Source: Candidatus Bathyarchaeota archaeon (GTDB taxonomy: Archaea > Thermoproteota > Bathyarchaeia > Bathyarchaeales > Bathycorpusculaceae). From it: 64,000 nucleotides of DNA. The stretch is from NCBI GenBank assembly GCA_963772455.1, contig CAVYXJ010000009.1, forward strand, positions 128,001 to 192,000. Reading direction: 5' to 3'. This document shows, one piece after another, positions 29,929-40,600 of this stretch. Position 1 is the first letter of the stretch, and each line of letters starts with the position of its first letter. The notes under the pieces are model-generated. The model did no database searches and was not told the DNA's origin. It worked only from the letters and a program-made list of their open reading frames with translations. The position numbers were made by a program, and so were the translations under genes.

Positions 29929-30258
29929 GTGGGCTTATTTATATTGCGAGAGATTTAACTTTTCCTACATAGACTATTGTGAACTATATACACTATTTTC
30001 AGAGCCCTTAAAAGCTACTTCAGCAAATTGAAAGCAATAGGTGTAATTTGGAATGGATAAGAGACTTCCTCTTTTCGAGTACGAAACGTTTGCGGTTCGT
30101 AGACCAAAATGTGCGGTAAACAATTATTCCATAAAGAAACGCGAACGTTAAAGGCAAAGATTTTTTTAGATTGTTTTTATGATAATATTGCAAGCGTTAT
30201 TGTGCTTATTCTTAAGGGGAAGAGGGCATTAACGATGGGATATTCCGGGTAGAAGACT

Positions 30259-32400
30259 TTGTTAGCTCCAAACAATCGCGATTCTGACACAAACAACGCC
30301 TTAACCCAAAAAAAACTTTTAGACAATCCGAGTTATTTTCTTAACAGGGAACTTAGCTGGATAAGATTTAACGGGCGCGTTCTTGAGGAAGCACGTGACA
30401 TTTGGCATCCTCTCCTCGAGAGAGTTAAATTCATCGCCATATGTGGCAGCAACCTCGACGAGTTTTTCATGACGCGTGTTGCTCGACTTATAAAAAAAGT
30501 CAATGCAGGCTCTCAAGAAAAATCCATGAATGGAATGAGCTTCATGGAGCAAATTGATGCCACACGCAAAGAAATTCTTCCATTAATTGAAAATCATGCA
30601 AAGTGCTGGAAAGATGAACTCGTACCTGCCTTAGCTAAAGAACAAATCTACGTTAGAAATTTTAAAGATTTATCAGAAAAAAACAAGACCGACTTGAGAG
30701 AGTTCTTCACAGCGGCAATTGCTCCATCGATTAAAGTCCCCAAATTGGGTTTTGATAGTGGATCAATTGAGAATCTGCATGTAACACTTTACGTATCAGG
30801 CTTCCAAAATCAACCGGATTTATGCATCTTGCTTGATGTTCCGTCCGAAAAATTTGGTAGACTTATCAGTATCCCAAAAGAAGAGCAAGCAGAAATAGGT
30901 AAAGATGCAGAAACTGGAGAAGTCTACTTTATTTTGTTGGAAGATTTAATCATCAATAATTTGGATATAATTTTTCCTTCGGAAAAAAACCTCACGGCAT
31001 ATTCATTCAGATTGACACGCAACGGAGAAATAGATATCCTAATGGACGAATCTGCGGATTTCATTAAATCCGTACAAAAAAGTCTCTCAACACGAAAAGC
31101 CGGATTTCCCACAAGACTTGAATTTGACAAGAAAACACCCTACTCCATAAAACAAGCAATAACCAAAAAAGTGGGCTTGCCTGATTACTTAACATACGAG
31201 TTTGATGGACCACTGGGACTAGTTGACCTATGGCAATTGCTAAAAATAAACCGCTCCGACCTCAAAGACAAAAGCTTTTTCCCATGCATCTCGCCGCTGG
31301 TTATTTCTGATAAAAACATTTTTGAAACCATCTCTAAACAAGACTTCGTCCTCTACCACCCATACGATGGCTTTGATGTAATAATTGACCTATTAAGGGA
31401 AGCATCTATAGAGAGTTATGTTTCAGAAATTTGCATAACAATGTATAGAATGGACCATAAATCACCGATTGTTGATGCATTGATTGAAGCAGTCCGCAAT
31501 GGCAAAAAAGTCACTGCCATAGTTGAATTAAAGGCCAAATTTGACGAAGAAAACAACATCCTTCTAGTTGCAAAACTGCGAAGCGGGGGCGTAAACACTG
31601 TTTACAACTTCCCAAATTTTAAGGTACATGCAAAACTATGTCTAATCACCAGAAGAGAAAATAAAGATGTAACCCGGTATTCGCACATTGGGTCAGGTAA
31701 CTATAATGCGGTTACAGCGAAAATTTACGGCGACATCGGTTACCTTACCGCAAACCCCGAAATAGGGTTAGAACTTGAAGACCTATTCCACGCAATAATT
31801 AACGGGGTTCAAGAAAAAGAAACCAAACATCTGCTTGTGGCTCCGAAAACTTTGAAGCGAGAAATTCTCAGGCGAATAGATAGGGAAATAAGTGTTCACC
31901 AGAAAACGGGCAGGGGCTACTTAGCCTTTAAGCTCAACAACCTTGAGGAAAAAGAAATTATTCAAGCACTATACAAGGCGTCGATAGCGGGAATCAAGAT
32001 TGATCTTAACGTCAGAGGTTTATGTTGTTTAAAACCGGGAATTCCTGGTGTAAGTGACAATATTTCAGTTATTTCTATAGTAGGACGCTTCTTGGAACAT
32101 GCTCGAATCTATTATTTCCGCGATGATGCTGAAAATGAAGTGCTGATAGGAAGCTCTGATTTAATGTTTAGAAACCTCAACGAACGAATCGAAGTTCTCC
32201 TTTCGGTGCCAGACCCATATCTGCGGCAAGCAATCCTTGAAAACATGCTTAAAATTTCCCTTCAAGACAATGTTAAGGCAAGAAGATTGCTACCCGATGG
32301 GACATATGAAAGAGTTGCAGTTAAACAGGGCAAAGAAGTCATCAATTCTCAAGTTTGGCTAATTAAGAACAGAGGCATTTGGAATGAACGCGACCATTAA
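30259..32400 (+). CDS. ppk1: Polyphosphate kinase 1
   Basis: NRELSW..FN.RVL, SNLDEFFM.RVA, ELKAKFDEENN, phospho-His KVHAK, GNYN, SIVGRFLEH.R, SSDLM.RNL..RIE. Confidence 0.96.
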   Translation: MLAPNNRDSDTNNALTQKKLLDNPSYFLNRELSWIRFNGRVLEEARDIWHPLLERVKFIAICGSNLDEFFMTRVARLIKKVNAGSQEKSMNGMSFMEQIDATRKEILPLIENHAKCWKDELVPALAKEQIYVRNFKDLSEKNKTDLREFFTAAIAPSIKVPKLGFDSGSIENLHVTLYVSGFQNQPDLCILLDVPSEKFGRLISIPKEEQAEIGKDAETGEVYFILLEDLIINNLDIIFPSEKNLTAYSFRLTRNGEIDILMDESADFIKSVQKSLSTRKAGFPTRLEFDKKTPYSIKQAITKKVGLPDYLTYEFDGPLGLVDLWQLLKINRSDLKDKSFFPCISPLVISDKNIFETISKQDFVLYHPYDGFDVIIDLLREASIESYVSEICITMYRMDHKSPIVDALIEAVRNGKKVTAIVELKAKFDEENNILLVAKLRSGGVNTVYNFPNFKVHAKLCLITRRENKDVTRYSHIGSGNYNAVTAKIYGDIGYLTANPEIGLELEDLFHAIINGVQEKETKHLLVAPKTLKREILRRIDREISVHQKTGRGYLAFKLNNLEEKEIIQALYKASIAGIKIDLNVRGLCCLKPGIPGVSDNISVISIVGRFLEHARIYYFRDDAENEVLIGSSDLMFRNLNERIEVLLSVPDPYLRQAILENMLKISLQDNVKARRLLPDGTYERVAVKQGKEVINSQVWLIKNRGIWNERDH

Positions 32401-34736
32401 GGGTCAAACATGCCAAAGAGATAGAAGTTACTGCAAATTTGGCGCCAAAGCGCTTCAAAAACTTCTCGCAGTTTTCGAAATCCAAATCGATGGAGTAATT
32501 AAAAGTGACGACATCGAATATGTTCATAAAACGCGAGTCACATCTCGAAGGCTAAGAGCCGCAATGCCTCTTTTCAAAGTATGCTTGCCCAGAAAAAAGT
32601 ACAAAGAGTGTTTACGCGAGATCAAGAAAGTCACGCGATTGCTTGGCGACGCTAGAGACCTTGATGTGCAAATAGTCTTTGTAGAGCAATACATGAACAA
32701 ACTGAATTCTGCAGTCGAGAAAGAAGGCATTGCTTTACTGCTTAATGCTCATAAAGATCGCAGAAAGAGTATTCAACCAGCAATCATTTGTGGATTGGAG
32801 GACCTGAAAGCAACCGGCGTTTTAAGGGACCTTGACAAGTTTTGTGAAAAAACTATAATAGAGCCATCAAAGGCCTTTGATCCCGAAAAAGTTTTAGAAA
32901 AAGCATTCTGGCACATATCGTTTAAGTTAGACGATTTCTTGGCATTGGAAAACTGGGTTCACTCGGAAAACGAAGTTCAAAAGCACCATGAAATGAGAAT
33001 ACACGCAAAGAAACTCCGTTACACTTTGGAATCATTCGCGTCTTTATACAAAAATAAACTTCTTGAAGAAATAGAAACAATCAAAGCTTTTCAAGATTTA
33101 TTGGGCGAAGTGCATGACTGCGACGTCTGGACAGAATACATACCCAAATTCATACAAAAGACAAACGTCAAAAACAAGTCCAAACAGAAGAAAAAAGCAG
33201 GTTCAACGGAAGCTGAAAATGCACTTTTGAGCTTTCTAAACTACGTGACGGAAAGAAGAAAGGAAAATTACCTGAAATTTGTTCATTTATGGGATGAAAA
33301 CAAAAAGAAAACCTTTTTTGTTCAATTCAGGAAGAGTATTAGTTTAGTTGTCACTGATAAAGACAAAATAAAACGTGTTCTTGCTAATCCCGATGTAAAA
33401 ATCGCTGTTTTGGCTGATGTTCACGCCAATCTGCACGCATTGAAAAGAGTCATGAAGGATGGCGAAGAACGAGGAGTTGACGTTTATCTAAATGCAGGTG
33501 ACTCGATAGGTTTTGGTCCTTGTCCAAATGAAGCCATAGAGCTGTTATGTAAGAAAAATGTGCTGAGTATTCTTGGGAACTATGACCTTGAGGTTATTGA
33601 GGGTAAAGTTAAGACTAAAGCCGAAAAAAACCTTGCATTGAAATTTGCCAGAGAGGAGTTGGCAAAATCCTGCGAACTTTACCTTTATTCCTTGCCACGT
33701 ACACTTAGGCTTGAAGTGGCAGGCAAAAAACTGCTTATGGCACATGGAAGCCCCGAGTCGATCGAAGAGCACATCTATCATGACACGCCTGTTAAGCGGC
33801 TCAAAATCCTCGCCGAAGCGGCGAAATCTGATTTAATTATTGTTGGACATTCGCATGAGCAATTCTGGCATGCAAGCAAATGACGCTATCTTTGTCAATC
33901 CTGGAAGTGTTGGAAGAACTAGCGATGGAAACCCTCAAGCCGCTTATGCTGTTTTAAGTTTTAATCCCTTTAAAGTTGAGTTGATTCGGCTGGATTATAA
34001 CGTTAAGGGCACTGTAAATTCGATTAGAAAAAAGGGTTTGCCTGAAAGTTTCGCTCAAATGCTGCTTCGCGGCGTGTCTTTGGATACCATAATAAAAGAG
34101 GATCAAACCAAAAAGAACCAAATGGTTGACGATTGCAAAGCAACAGTGCAGGTTTGCCAGGATATTTCAACTAAATATTGGCCTGATACTAACCATTTCC
34201 AACAGGTTAGGAAACTTGCGTTGGGTTTCTTCGACGGGTTAATTAAGCTTCACCATTTGGGTATACGTGAAAGATGCTGGCTTGAATGCGCCGCTGTTCT
34301 CCATGATGTTGGCTTATCCAAATCCGGAGGAGACCACCACAAAAAATCAGCCAAACTAATTCTAAACGACACGCAATTGCCCTTTACTTCGCAGGAAAGA
34401 AGAATAATATCAAGCATCGCCAGGTATCACCGCAAGGGGTTGCCCGAACAAACACATTACAACCTCAAATCTTTTGACCGCGCAACTATTCATAAAGTGA
34501 AAGTTCTGGCTAGCCTCCTTCGCATAGCAGATGGCTTGGATTACTCTCATCGATCAGTCGTGGAAGTTTTAATAGTCAAGATGGGTACAAAGAGAATAAC
34601 TGTTGAATGCATGTTCAAAACGAAATCTATCCTCGAAGAGCAGGCTTTTAATAAGAAGAAAGATTTGTTTGAAAAGGTCTTCGCTAAGAAAATGGTGCTG
34701 ATATGGAAGGAACCGTCAAAACCGCTGGACACGTAG
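32384..34736 (+). CDS. CHAD + calcineurin-like metallophosphoesterase (YfcE/MJ0936) + HD (PPX C-terminal-like) fusion, frame break at ~33870
   Basis: CHAD: VH..RV..RRLR, RDLDV, H.MRI..KKLRY, QD.LG..HD. MPP: DVHAN, GD.IG, GNYD, HGSP, GHSH, then NPGSVG in the next frame. HD: LHDVG, ARYHRK, LRIADGLD. Confidence 0.85.
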
Positions 34737-36283
34737 TTGGGTTTGTGGACATCGGTACAAATGCAGTGCGCCTTTTAGTGGTAAGGATAAACCCCAATTT
34801 CTCATATACTACCATTAGTCAAGAAAAAGAAGTTGTCAGGCTTGGCGAAGAAGAATTTAAAGATAACATTCTTAAACCCGAAGCGATGGAACGCGCAATT
34901 TTTGTGTGTGGAAAATTTGCTAGCCTAGCCAAAACTTATGGAGCCTCTGAAATAATAGCAGTGGGAACCTCTGCTATTCGGGAAGCACAAAACCAACGCG
35001 AGTTTCTGGAAAAACTTCACAACGAAACGGGACTTAACGTTAAAGTTATTTCGGGACAAGAAGAAGCTAGACTAATTTGCGTAGGCGTATCAAGCGGAAT
35101 AGATATCGGGGAAGAAAAATCTATTTTTATAGATTTGGGCGGGGGCAGCACCGAAATTGCCGTCGGCAATCAACATGAATGCTTTTCTTTGGATAGCCTC
35201 AGGCTAGGGGCAATTAGGTTAACTGCTCAGTTCATTGGTGAAGGCTGGACTGGTCGAGTTGAAAACAGCATTTACAAGCATATAAGACAATACGCTTGCA
35301 GCAAAATTCATCCTTTAAAAGCGAAGGTTCAGGAATACGGTGCTAGACGTGCATGGGGATCTTCAGGGACAATGATAAACTTGGCTGAAATCTCAAACAA
35401 GCTTTTCAAAAAGAACGGAAATGAAGGCGGACTCACTTTGTCGAGGAAAAACTTGAAAAAGTTGGCGCCGATTCTCTGCTCTTTGCCCCTTGAAGAAAGA
35501 AAAAAGTTGCCCGCAATTAACCCAGATCGAGCTGATATAATAATTGCTGGTGCAGCCGTCGTTGAAGCCATAATGGAGGAGTTTGGACTTGAGGAAATCT
35601 GCGTTAGTCACCGAGAACTTCGCGATGGACTACTTGCTGAGTATCTCTCGAATTTTGAGGGTTTCCGGGAACTACAAAAGTCACCTATGAGAAACAGGAG
35701 TATTCTGCATTTAGGCAGATCATGCAACTTCGACGAGAAACATTCTGAAACCGTGGCTTCTTTGGCATTGCAGCTCTTCGATAGCGCAAAACAAATTGGT
35801 CTACACAACCTTGGTGACACAGAGAAAGAACTCTTAAAGAATGCTGCAACTTTGCATGACGTTGGCGATTTCCTTTCATTTAATGATCACCAACTGCATT
35901 CTCACTACATAATAAGCAACGCCGAACTCCTCGGCTTTGATAAAAAGGAAATTCAAATAATGGCTAACATCGCGCGTTTCCATAGAAAAAAGTTGCCATC
36001 AAAAAAAACTTTGAAAACCACAGGATTAGACGAAAAAACAAATCACACTATTGCAGTTCTATCTACGTTTCTTCGATTTGCAGAAAAGCTTGACCGAAGT
36101 CATTGTTGCCTTGTAAAGAAAGCGGAATTTATTAAAGAAAATAAAGATCTAGTAATACTTGAGTTTTACTCAGACTCAGACTGCAGTCTAGAAGAATGGA
36201 GCATTTTTCAGAATCGGCAAGCGTTCTTTGAAGCCTTCGGAAAGCAACTAGAAGCACATTGTATATTTTCGCCAAGTCCATAG
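34703..36283 (+). CDS. ppx: Exopolyphosphatase Ppx/GppA with C-terminal HD domain
   Basis: DIGTN..RL, TSAIREA.N, ISGQEEA, DLGGGSTE, RADII.AG, LRDG, LHDVG. Confidence 0.93.
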   Translation: MEGTVKTAGHVVGFVDIGTNAVRLLVVRINPNFSYTTISQEKEVVRLGEEEFKDNILKPEAMERAIFVCGKFASLAKTYGASEIIAVGTSAIREAQNQREFLEKLHNETGLNVKVISGQEEARLICVGVSSGIDIGEEKSIFIDLGGGSTEIAVGNQHECFSLDSLRLGAIRLTAQFIGEGWTGRVENSIYKHIRQYACSKIHPLKAKVQEYGARRAWGSSGTMINLAEISNKLFKKNGNEGGLTLSRKNLKKLAPILCSLPLEERKKLPAINPDRADIIIAGAAVVEAIMEEFGLEEICVSHRELRDGLLAEYLSNFEGFRELQKSPMRNRSILHLGRSCNFDEKHSETVASLALQLFDSAKQIGLHNLGDTEKELLKNAATLHDVGDFLSFNDHQLHSHYIISNAELLGFDKKEIQIMANIARFHRKKLPSKKTLKTTGLDEKTNHTIAVLSTFLRFAEKLDRSHCCLVKKAEFIKENKDLVILEFYSDSDCSLEEWSIFQNRQAFFEAFGKQLEAHCIFSPSP

Positions 36284-36299
36284 TTAAAGTTGGAAACGC

Positions 36300-37202
36300 T
36301 TATTCTTTTTCTAATTCAGCTTTTGCTTTTTCCAAAGCTGTACATTCTTCTTTGCTTAAAACGGGATATTTCAGATCTAGTTTTTTGATTTGTGAAAGAA
36401 TAATCTCAGAAACCGACGCGTGAGCGACCCATTTCTTGTTGGCAGGAATAATGTACCATGGTGCCCAATCCGTGCTTGTTTTAGTAAGTAAATCTTCATA
36501 GGCCTTCATGTAATCGGACCATTTTTGCCGTTCGGAAAGATCTGTTAGGGAAAATTTCCATTCTTTATCATGGTTGTCAAGGCGTTCAAGCAAGCGTTGT
36601 TTCTGTTCTTTTTTTGAAACGTTTAGGAAGAATTTCAAAATTACGGTGCCGTTTCTAACTAAGTGCCGTTCGAACATGTTTATGTCTTCGTAGCGTTGAT
36701 TCCAGAAAAGTTTGTCGTTCTTTTCGATATGGAATTTCTGTTTTTCCAAGATTTCAGGTCGAACCTTAACTATTAGAACATCCTCGTAGTATGACCTGTT
36801 GAAAATTCCTATACTTCCCCGTTCTGGAAGAGCTTTTGCATGTCGCCAAAGGAAATCGTGATCCAGCTCCTCTTCTGATGGAGTTTTGAAGCTTTTGACT
36901 TGGCATCCTTGCGGATTAACTCCTGACATTACATGCCTAATTGTGCTATCTTTTCCTGCAGCATCCATTCCTTGAAGAATAATCAACATTGAATAAGTAT
37001 CGCTTGCCCAAAATAATTCCTGCCAATCAATCAGTTTTTGCCTGTTTGAGTCCAATAGCTTTAAGGCTTGTTCTTTAGCAGCTTTTTTGCCTTCTTTTTC
37101 TTCTTGTTTCTTAGACCATTTTGGAATCCAATCCGGATCGTAATCTTTCAAATCAATTATTTTACCAATAGGCACCTTGAAATCTTCTGTGTCCATTGAC
37201 AT
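36300..37202 (-). CDS. ppk2: Polyphosphate kinase 2 family (class III-like)
   Basis: QGMDAAGKD Walker A, NPQG..V..FK.P, HDFLWR, FNRSYY, KFFL, APWY.IPA..K. Confidence 0.93.
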   Translation of the reverse strand: MSMDTEDFKVPIGKIIDLKDYDPDWIPKWSKKQEEKEGKKAAKEQALKLLDSNRQKLIDWQELFWASDTYSMLIILQGMDAAGKDSTIRHVMSGVNPQGCQVKSFKTPSEEELDHDFLWRHAKALPERGSIGIFNRSYYEDVLIVKVRPEILEKQKFHIEKNDKLFWNQRYEDINMFERHLVRNGTVILKFFLNVSKKEQKQRLLERLDNHDKEWKFSLTDLSERQKWSDYMKAYEDLLTKTSTDWAPWYIIPANKKWVAHASVSEIILSQIKKLDLKYPVLSKEECTALEKAKAELEKE

Positions 37203-37332
37203 ACAAAACTAACTCAATGAGAGTATACAGCAGGCACTTAATATTAGCTACGGCGAGGGTGTTTTGAATACTCAAGAGCCAAACTGGATAAGCCCACAAT
37301 GTTTTCTCGTAGAATTCAATTAGGCTAAATCG

Positions 37333-37977
37333 TTAGCCTAAAGCTACTTTCTCACCAGTTACAATGTAAATTATTGATTCACATATGTAGGTAGCGTGGT
37401 CAGCAATTCGTTCTAGGTACCTTGTCATTAAGGCGCTGGATAACATGCATTTACTATTTGGGTATTCTGCATTGATTAATTTGTTTAGATATTCGAAGTA
37501 CATTTTGTCTACATACCGTTCAGATTCTGAAATTGTTTTGGCCAAAATAATATCTTGTTTTTTAAGTGAATCTATACTTAATTTGACCATTGTTAGGACA
37601 TTTTCACTCATTTCATTTATGTAATCTCTTGTCCAGTCTTCGCATTGTGTTAATCCACATAATTGGTCATTAATTATGGATATGTCAAGGGCGTATCTTC
37701 CGAATCTTGCGAAGTCGTTGCCTATTTTCATGTATGATTTTATAGTTCTCAGATCTATAGCGACAGGTTGGAAACGGGCTATTAAATGGAAACTTTGATC
37801 TTCAACTTTTTCAGACATCGAAAGGAGAATGTCTGATAGCTCCTTTACTTGTGCTTGAACACTTTTTCCTTCGAGGTATCCATGTATTGATAAGGCTAGG
37901 GTTTCGTATGTTAACTCGCCCATTCTTACTATTAGAACTGATTGATCTTCTAATCCGCGATCGATTATTCTGCTCAT
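37333..37977 (-). CDS. phoU: Phosphate transport regulator PhoU
   Basis: QPVA.DLR and LERIADHA repeats, downstream of pstB. Confidence 0.9.
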   Translation of the reverse strand: MSRIIDRGLEDQSVLIVRMGELTYETLALSIHGYLEGKSVQAQVKELSDILLSMSEKVEDQSFHLIARFQPVAIDLRTIKSYMKIGNDFARFGRYALDISIINDQLCGLTQCEDWTRDYINEMSENVLTMVKLSIDSLKKQDIILAKTISESERYVDKMYFEYLNKLINAEYPNSKCMLSSALMTRYLERIADHATYICESIIYIVTGEKVALG

Positions 37978-37988
37978 GTTTATCTCTC

Positions 37989-38786
37989 CTATCCGAACTC
38001 TCCAGTTATGTATTTTTCTGTTAATGGGTTCTTTGGGGATTCAAAAATATCTGTGGTTAGTCCAAACTCGATTAGAGATCCAAGATACATGAAGGCTGTG
38101 AAATCAGAGACTCGCGACGCTTGTTGCATATTATGAGTAACTATAGCAACGGTATAGTCACGTTTAAGTTCAACTACTAATCGCTCAATCTTAGCTGTGG
38201 CAATCGGATCTAAGGCAGAACATGGTTCATCCATCAATATGACTTCAGGCTGCAAGGCAATCGCCCGTGCTATACATAATCGCTGTTGTTGTCCTCCTGA
38301 AATGCTTGTGCCTGGCTTATGTAAATCATCCTTTACCTCTTCCCAAAGAGTTGCCCGCTCAAGACTTTGCTTGACCACCTCATCAAGGTTCTTGCCTTTC
38401 TTGGTTCCAGTCAATCTTAAGCCTGCGGCTACATTGTCGTATATAGACATTGTTGGGAATGGATTTGGTTTTTGGAAAACCATTCCTACTCTTCGCCGTA
38501 TTTGAACCGGATCCACTTGTTTATCGTAGATGTTTTGACCGTCAAGCAACACTTGACCAGTCATTTTGGCGTTTGGTGTCAATTCATGCATTCTGTTTAA
38601 GCATCGTATGAAAGTGGATTTACCGCATCCTGAAGGACCAATTATTGCTGTCACAGAGTTGGTTTTGATTCCTATGTTTACGTTTTTTAAGGCTTGTTTT
38701 TGTCCAAACCAAGCGTTCAAATCTATACTCTGCATTTTCATGTCTGAGTCAACGGTTTTTGTTTGATCATTATTTGTGCTCGTCAT
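37989..38786 (-). CDS. pstB: Phosphate ABC transporter ATPase
   Basis: [42 protein letters not shown]. Confidence 0.96.
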   Translation of the reverse strand: MTSTNNDQTKTVDSDMKMQSIDLNAWFGQKQALKNVNIGIKTNSVTAIIGPSGCGKSTFIRCLNRMHELTPNAKMTGQVLLDGQNIYDKQVDPVQIRRRVGMVFQKPNPFPTMSIYDNVAAGLRLTGTKKGKNLDEVVKQSLERATLWEEVKDDLHKPGTSISGGQQQRLCIARAIALQPEVILMDEPCSALDPIATAKIERLVVELKRDYTVAIVTHNMQQASRVSDFTAFMYLGSLIEFGLTTDIFESPKNPLTEKYITGEFG

Positions 38787-39613
38787 CTTTTGAGTCTACC
38801 TCTACTCGCTAATCTAACAATTATGTTTAGGCTTAACACCATCAATATCAAAATTAGTGCTGCTCCCCAACCTTGCGCCTGCAAACTAGCCTGTGGCTGA
38901 AGGGAGTCACGCCAGATTTCAAGGGGGAGGGAAGCCATTGGTTGGTTTAGACCTTGGAAGAAGTATCTGTTACCCAAAATAGTCATGATTAATGGAGCAG
39001 TTTCTCCAGCGATCCTTGCGACGGCAAGAAGTGTTCCAGTCAATAATCCTGCTTTAGCTGTGGGTAAAACAACGCTTAGAGTTGTTCGCCATTTATGAGC
39101 ACCAAGTGCCAATGAAGCTTCGCGAACGCTATTTGGAACAAGTTTGAGTGATTCTTCAGTTGTTCGTGCAACAATCGGGATTAGGATAAATGACAGCGCT
39201 ATGGCTCCAGCGATGGCCGAATAATGCCCTATGATTGCAATGACTATTACGCCGTAAGCTGTTATTCCAACAACTATAGACGGAAACTCGGTTAAGACAT
39301 CGTTAATTGAGCTCAAGGCGGTTGCATACTTATTGTTACCGAATTCGGCAAGATAAACGCCTGAGAGTATACCTACTGGAATGCCTATAATACTTGTTAA
39401 ACCAATCAAGATGAGGGTGCCTTGGATAGCGGGTCCGATTCCTCCGGAAGAATTGTCGTTTATTAAGAAACCAATGCTGAGTTGAGGAACACCCCTTATA
39501 ATAACTTCCCATAGAATGCTGATCAGCGGGGTCACAGCTAAAACTACGCATATAGCGCAAAGAACAAAGAATAGGCGGTTTTTTAATTTTCGGAAGCTGT
39601 AATTGGAGATTAT
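38783..39613 (-). CDS. pstA: Phosphate ABC transporter permease PstA (frame extends to a probable non-AUG start at 39613)
   Basis: [37 protein letters not shown]; in-frame upstream extension [19 protein letters not shown] supplies the first TM. Confidence 0.93.
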   Translation of the reverse strand: MISNYSFRKLKNRLFFVLCAICVVLAVTPLISILWEVIIRGVPQLSIGFLINDNSSGGIGPAIQGTLILIGLTSIIGIPVGILSGVYLAEFGNNKYATALSSINDVLTEFPSIVVGITAYGVIVIAIIGHYSAIAGAIALSFILIPIVARTTEESLKLVPNSVREASLALGAHKWRTTLSVVLPTAKAGLLTGTLLAVARIAGETAPLIMTILGNRYFFQGLNQPMASLPLEIWRDSLQPQASLQAQGWGAALILILMVLSLNIIVRLASRGRLKR

Positions 39614-40599
39614 TCGATTGCGCCTCCTTTAACTTTCAACACTCGGTGTACTAAAATGCCTGCGCCAAGGTTGATACCTAAGCTTATTATCAGAAGAATT
39701 AAACCGACGCCTATGTAAGCAGAAACCTGTAAGGTACCTGTCGCTTCAAGAAAACCATTAGCTATAAGTGAAGCCATGGTTTGGCTTGGTTTAAAAAGCG
39801 ATGTGGGGATAGCTGCTGGACCAGTTGCGTTGCCTATAAGCATTGCAACAGCCATTGTTTCTCCTATTGCTCTACCTAAACCGAGGATTACTGCTCCAAA
39901 GATTCCTGAGCGTCCATAACTTATTACCCAATAACGAATTACTTCCCATTTTGTTGCTCCAATGCTGTAGGCGCCTTCGCGGATGCTATTTGGAACTGCG
40001 CTTATGACTTCTTTTGAAATGGATGCTACAGTTGGAATTATCATAACAGCTAAGATTACTCCAGCAGTGAAGATATCCAATCCAAAAGGTGTTCCACTAA
40101 AAATCGGAATCCAGCCAAGGTAAGTAGATAATGGTTTTTCTATGTAATCAAGAATCCAAAAACGAAAAATAAACAAACCCCAAAGACCATAAATCACGCT
40201 TGGAACGGCTGCCAATAACTCAACTAGATAGCCAATAGGAACTCTTAGTGTTCTGGGCGACATCTCTACGAGAAAAATTGCGATACCTAAACTCAAAGGA
40301 ACCCCGATGAGAAGCGCGATACCTGAAGTGACAAGTGTACCCATCACATAAGGAAGCGCTCCATAGATTTCTCTGCCTTCCACGGGATTCCAGGCGCTAC
40401 CAAAGAAAAAGTTTGCACCAAACTTTTGTATTACTGGTACGGAACCTGTTGTAAGAACATAAGCTGTAACTATTAGAATTATGATTGCTGAAGCTGCCAC
40501 TATTGCAGCAAGATTTTTGAAAAGAAAGTCGCCTGATAATTTTGATCTTATTTTTGTAAAAAACTTGAGGAGGTGGAGCTGTTTCAGAGCGTTATCCAC
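39610..40599 (-). CDS. pstC: Phosphate ABC transporter permease PstC
   Basis: WNP, GTL.TS, ELLAAVPSVIYGLWG, GRAIGETMAV. Confidence 0.95.
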   Translation of the reverse strand: MDNALKQLHLLKFFTKIRSKLSGDFLFKNLAAIVAASAIIILIVTAYVLTTGSVPVIQKFGANFFFGSAWNPVEGREIYGALPYVMGTLVTSGIALLIGVPLSLGIAIFLVEMSPRTLRVPIGYLVELLAAVPSVIYGLWGLFIFRFWILDYIEKPLSTYLGWIPIFSGTPFGLDIFTAGVILAVMIIPTVASISKEVISAVPNSIREGAYSIGATKWEVIRYWVISYGRSGIFGAVILGLGRAIGETMAVAMLIGNATGPAAIPTSLFKPSQTMASLIANGFLEATGTLQVSAYIGVGLILLIISLGINLGAGILVHRVLKVKGGAIE

Positions 40600-40600
40600 C

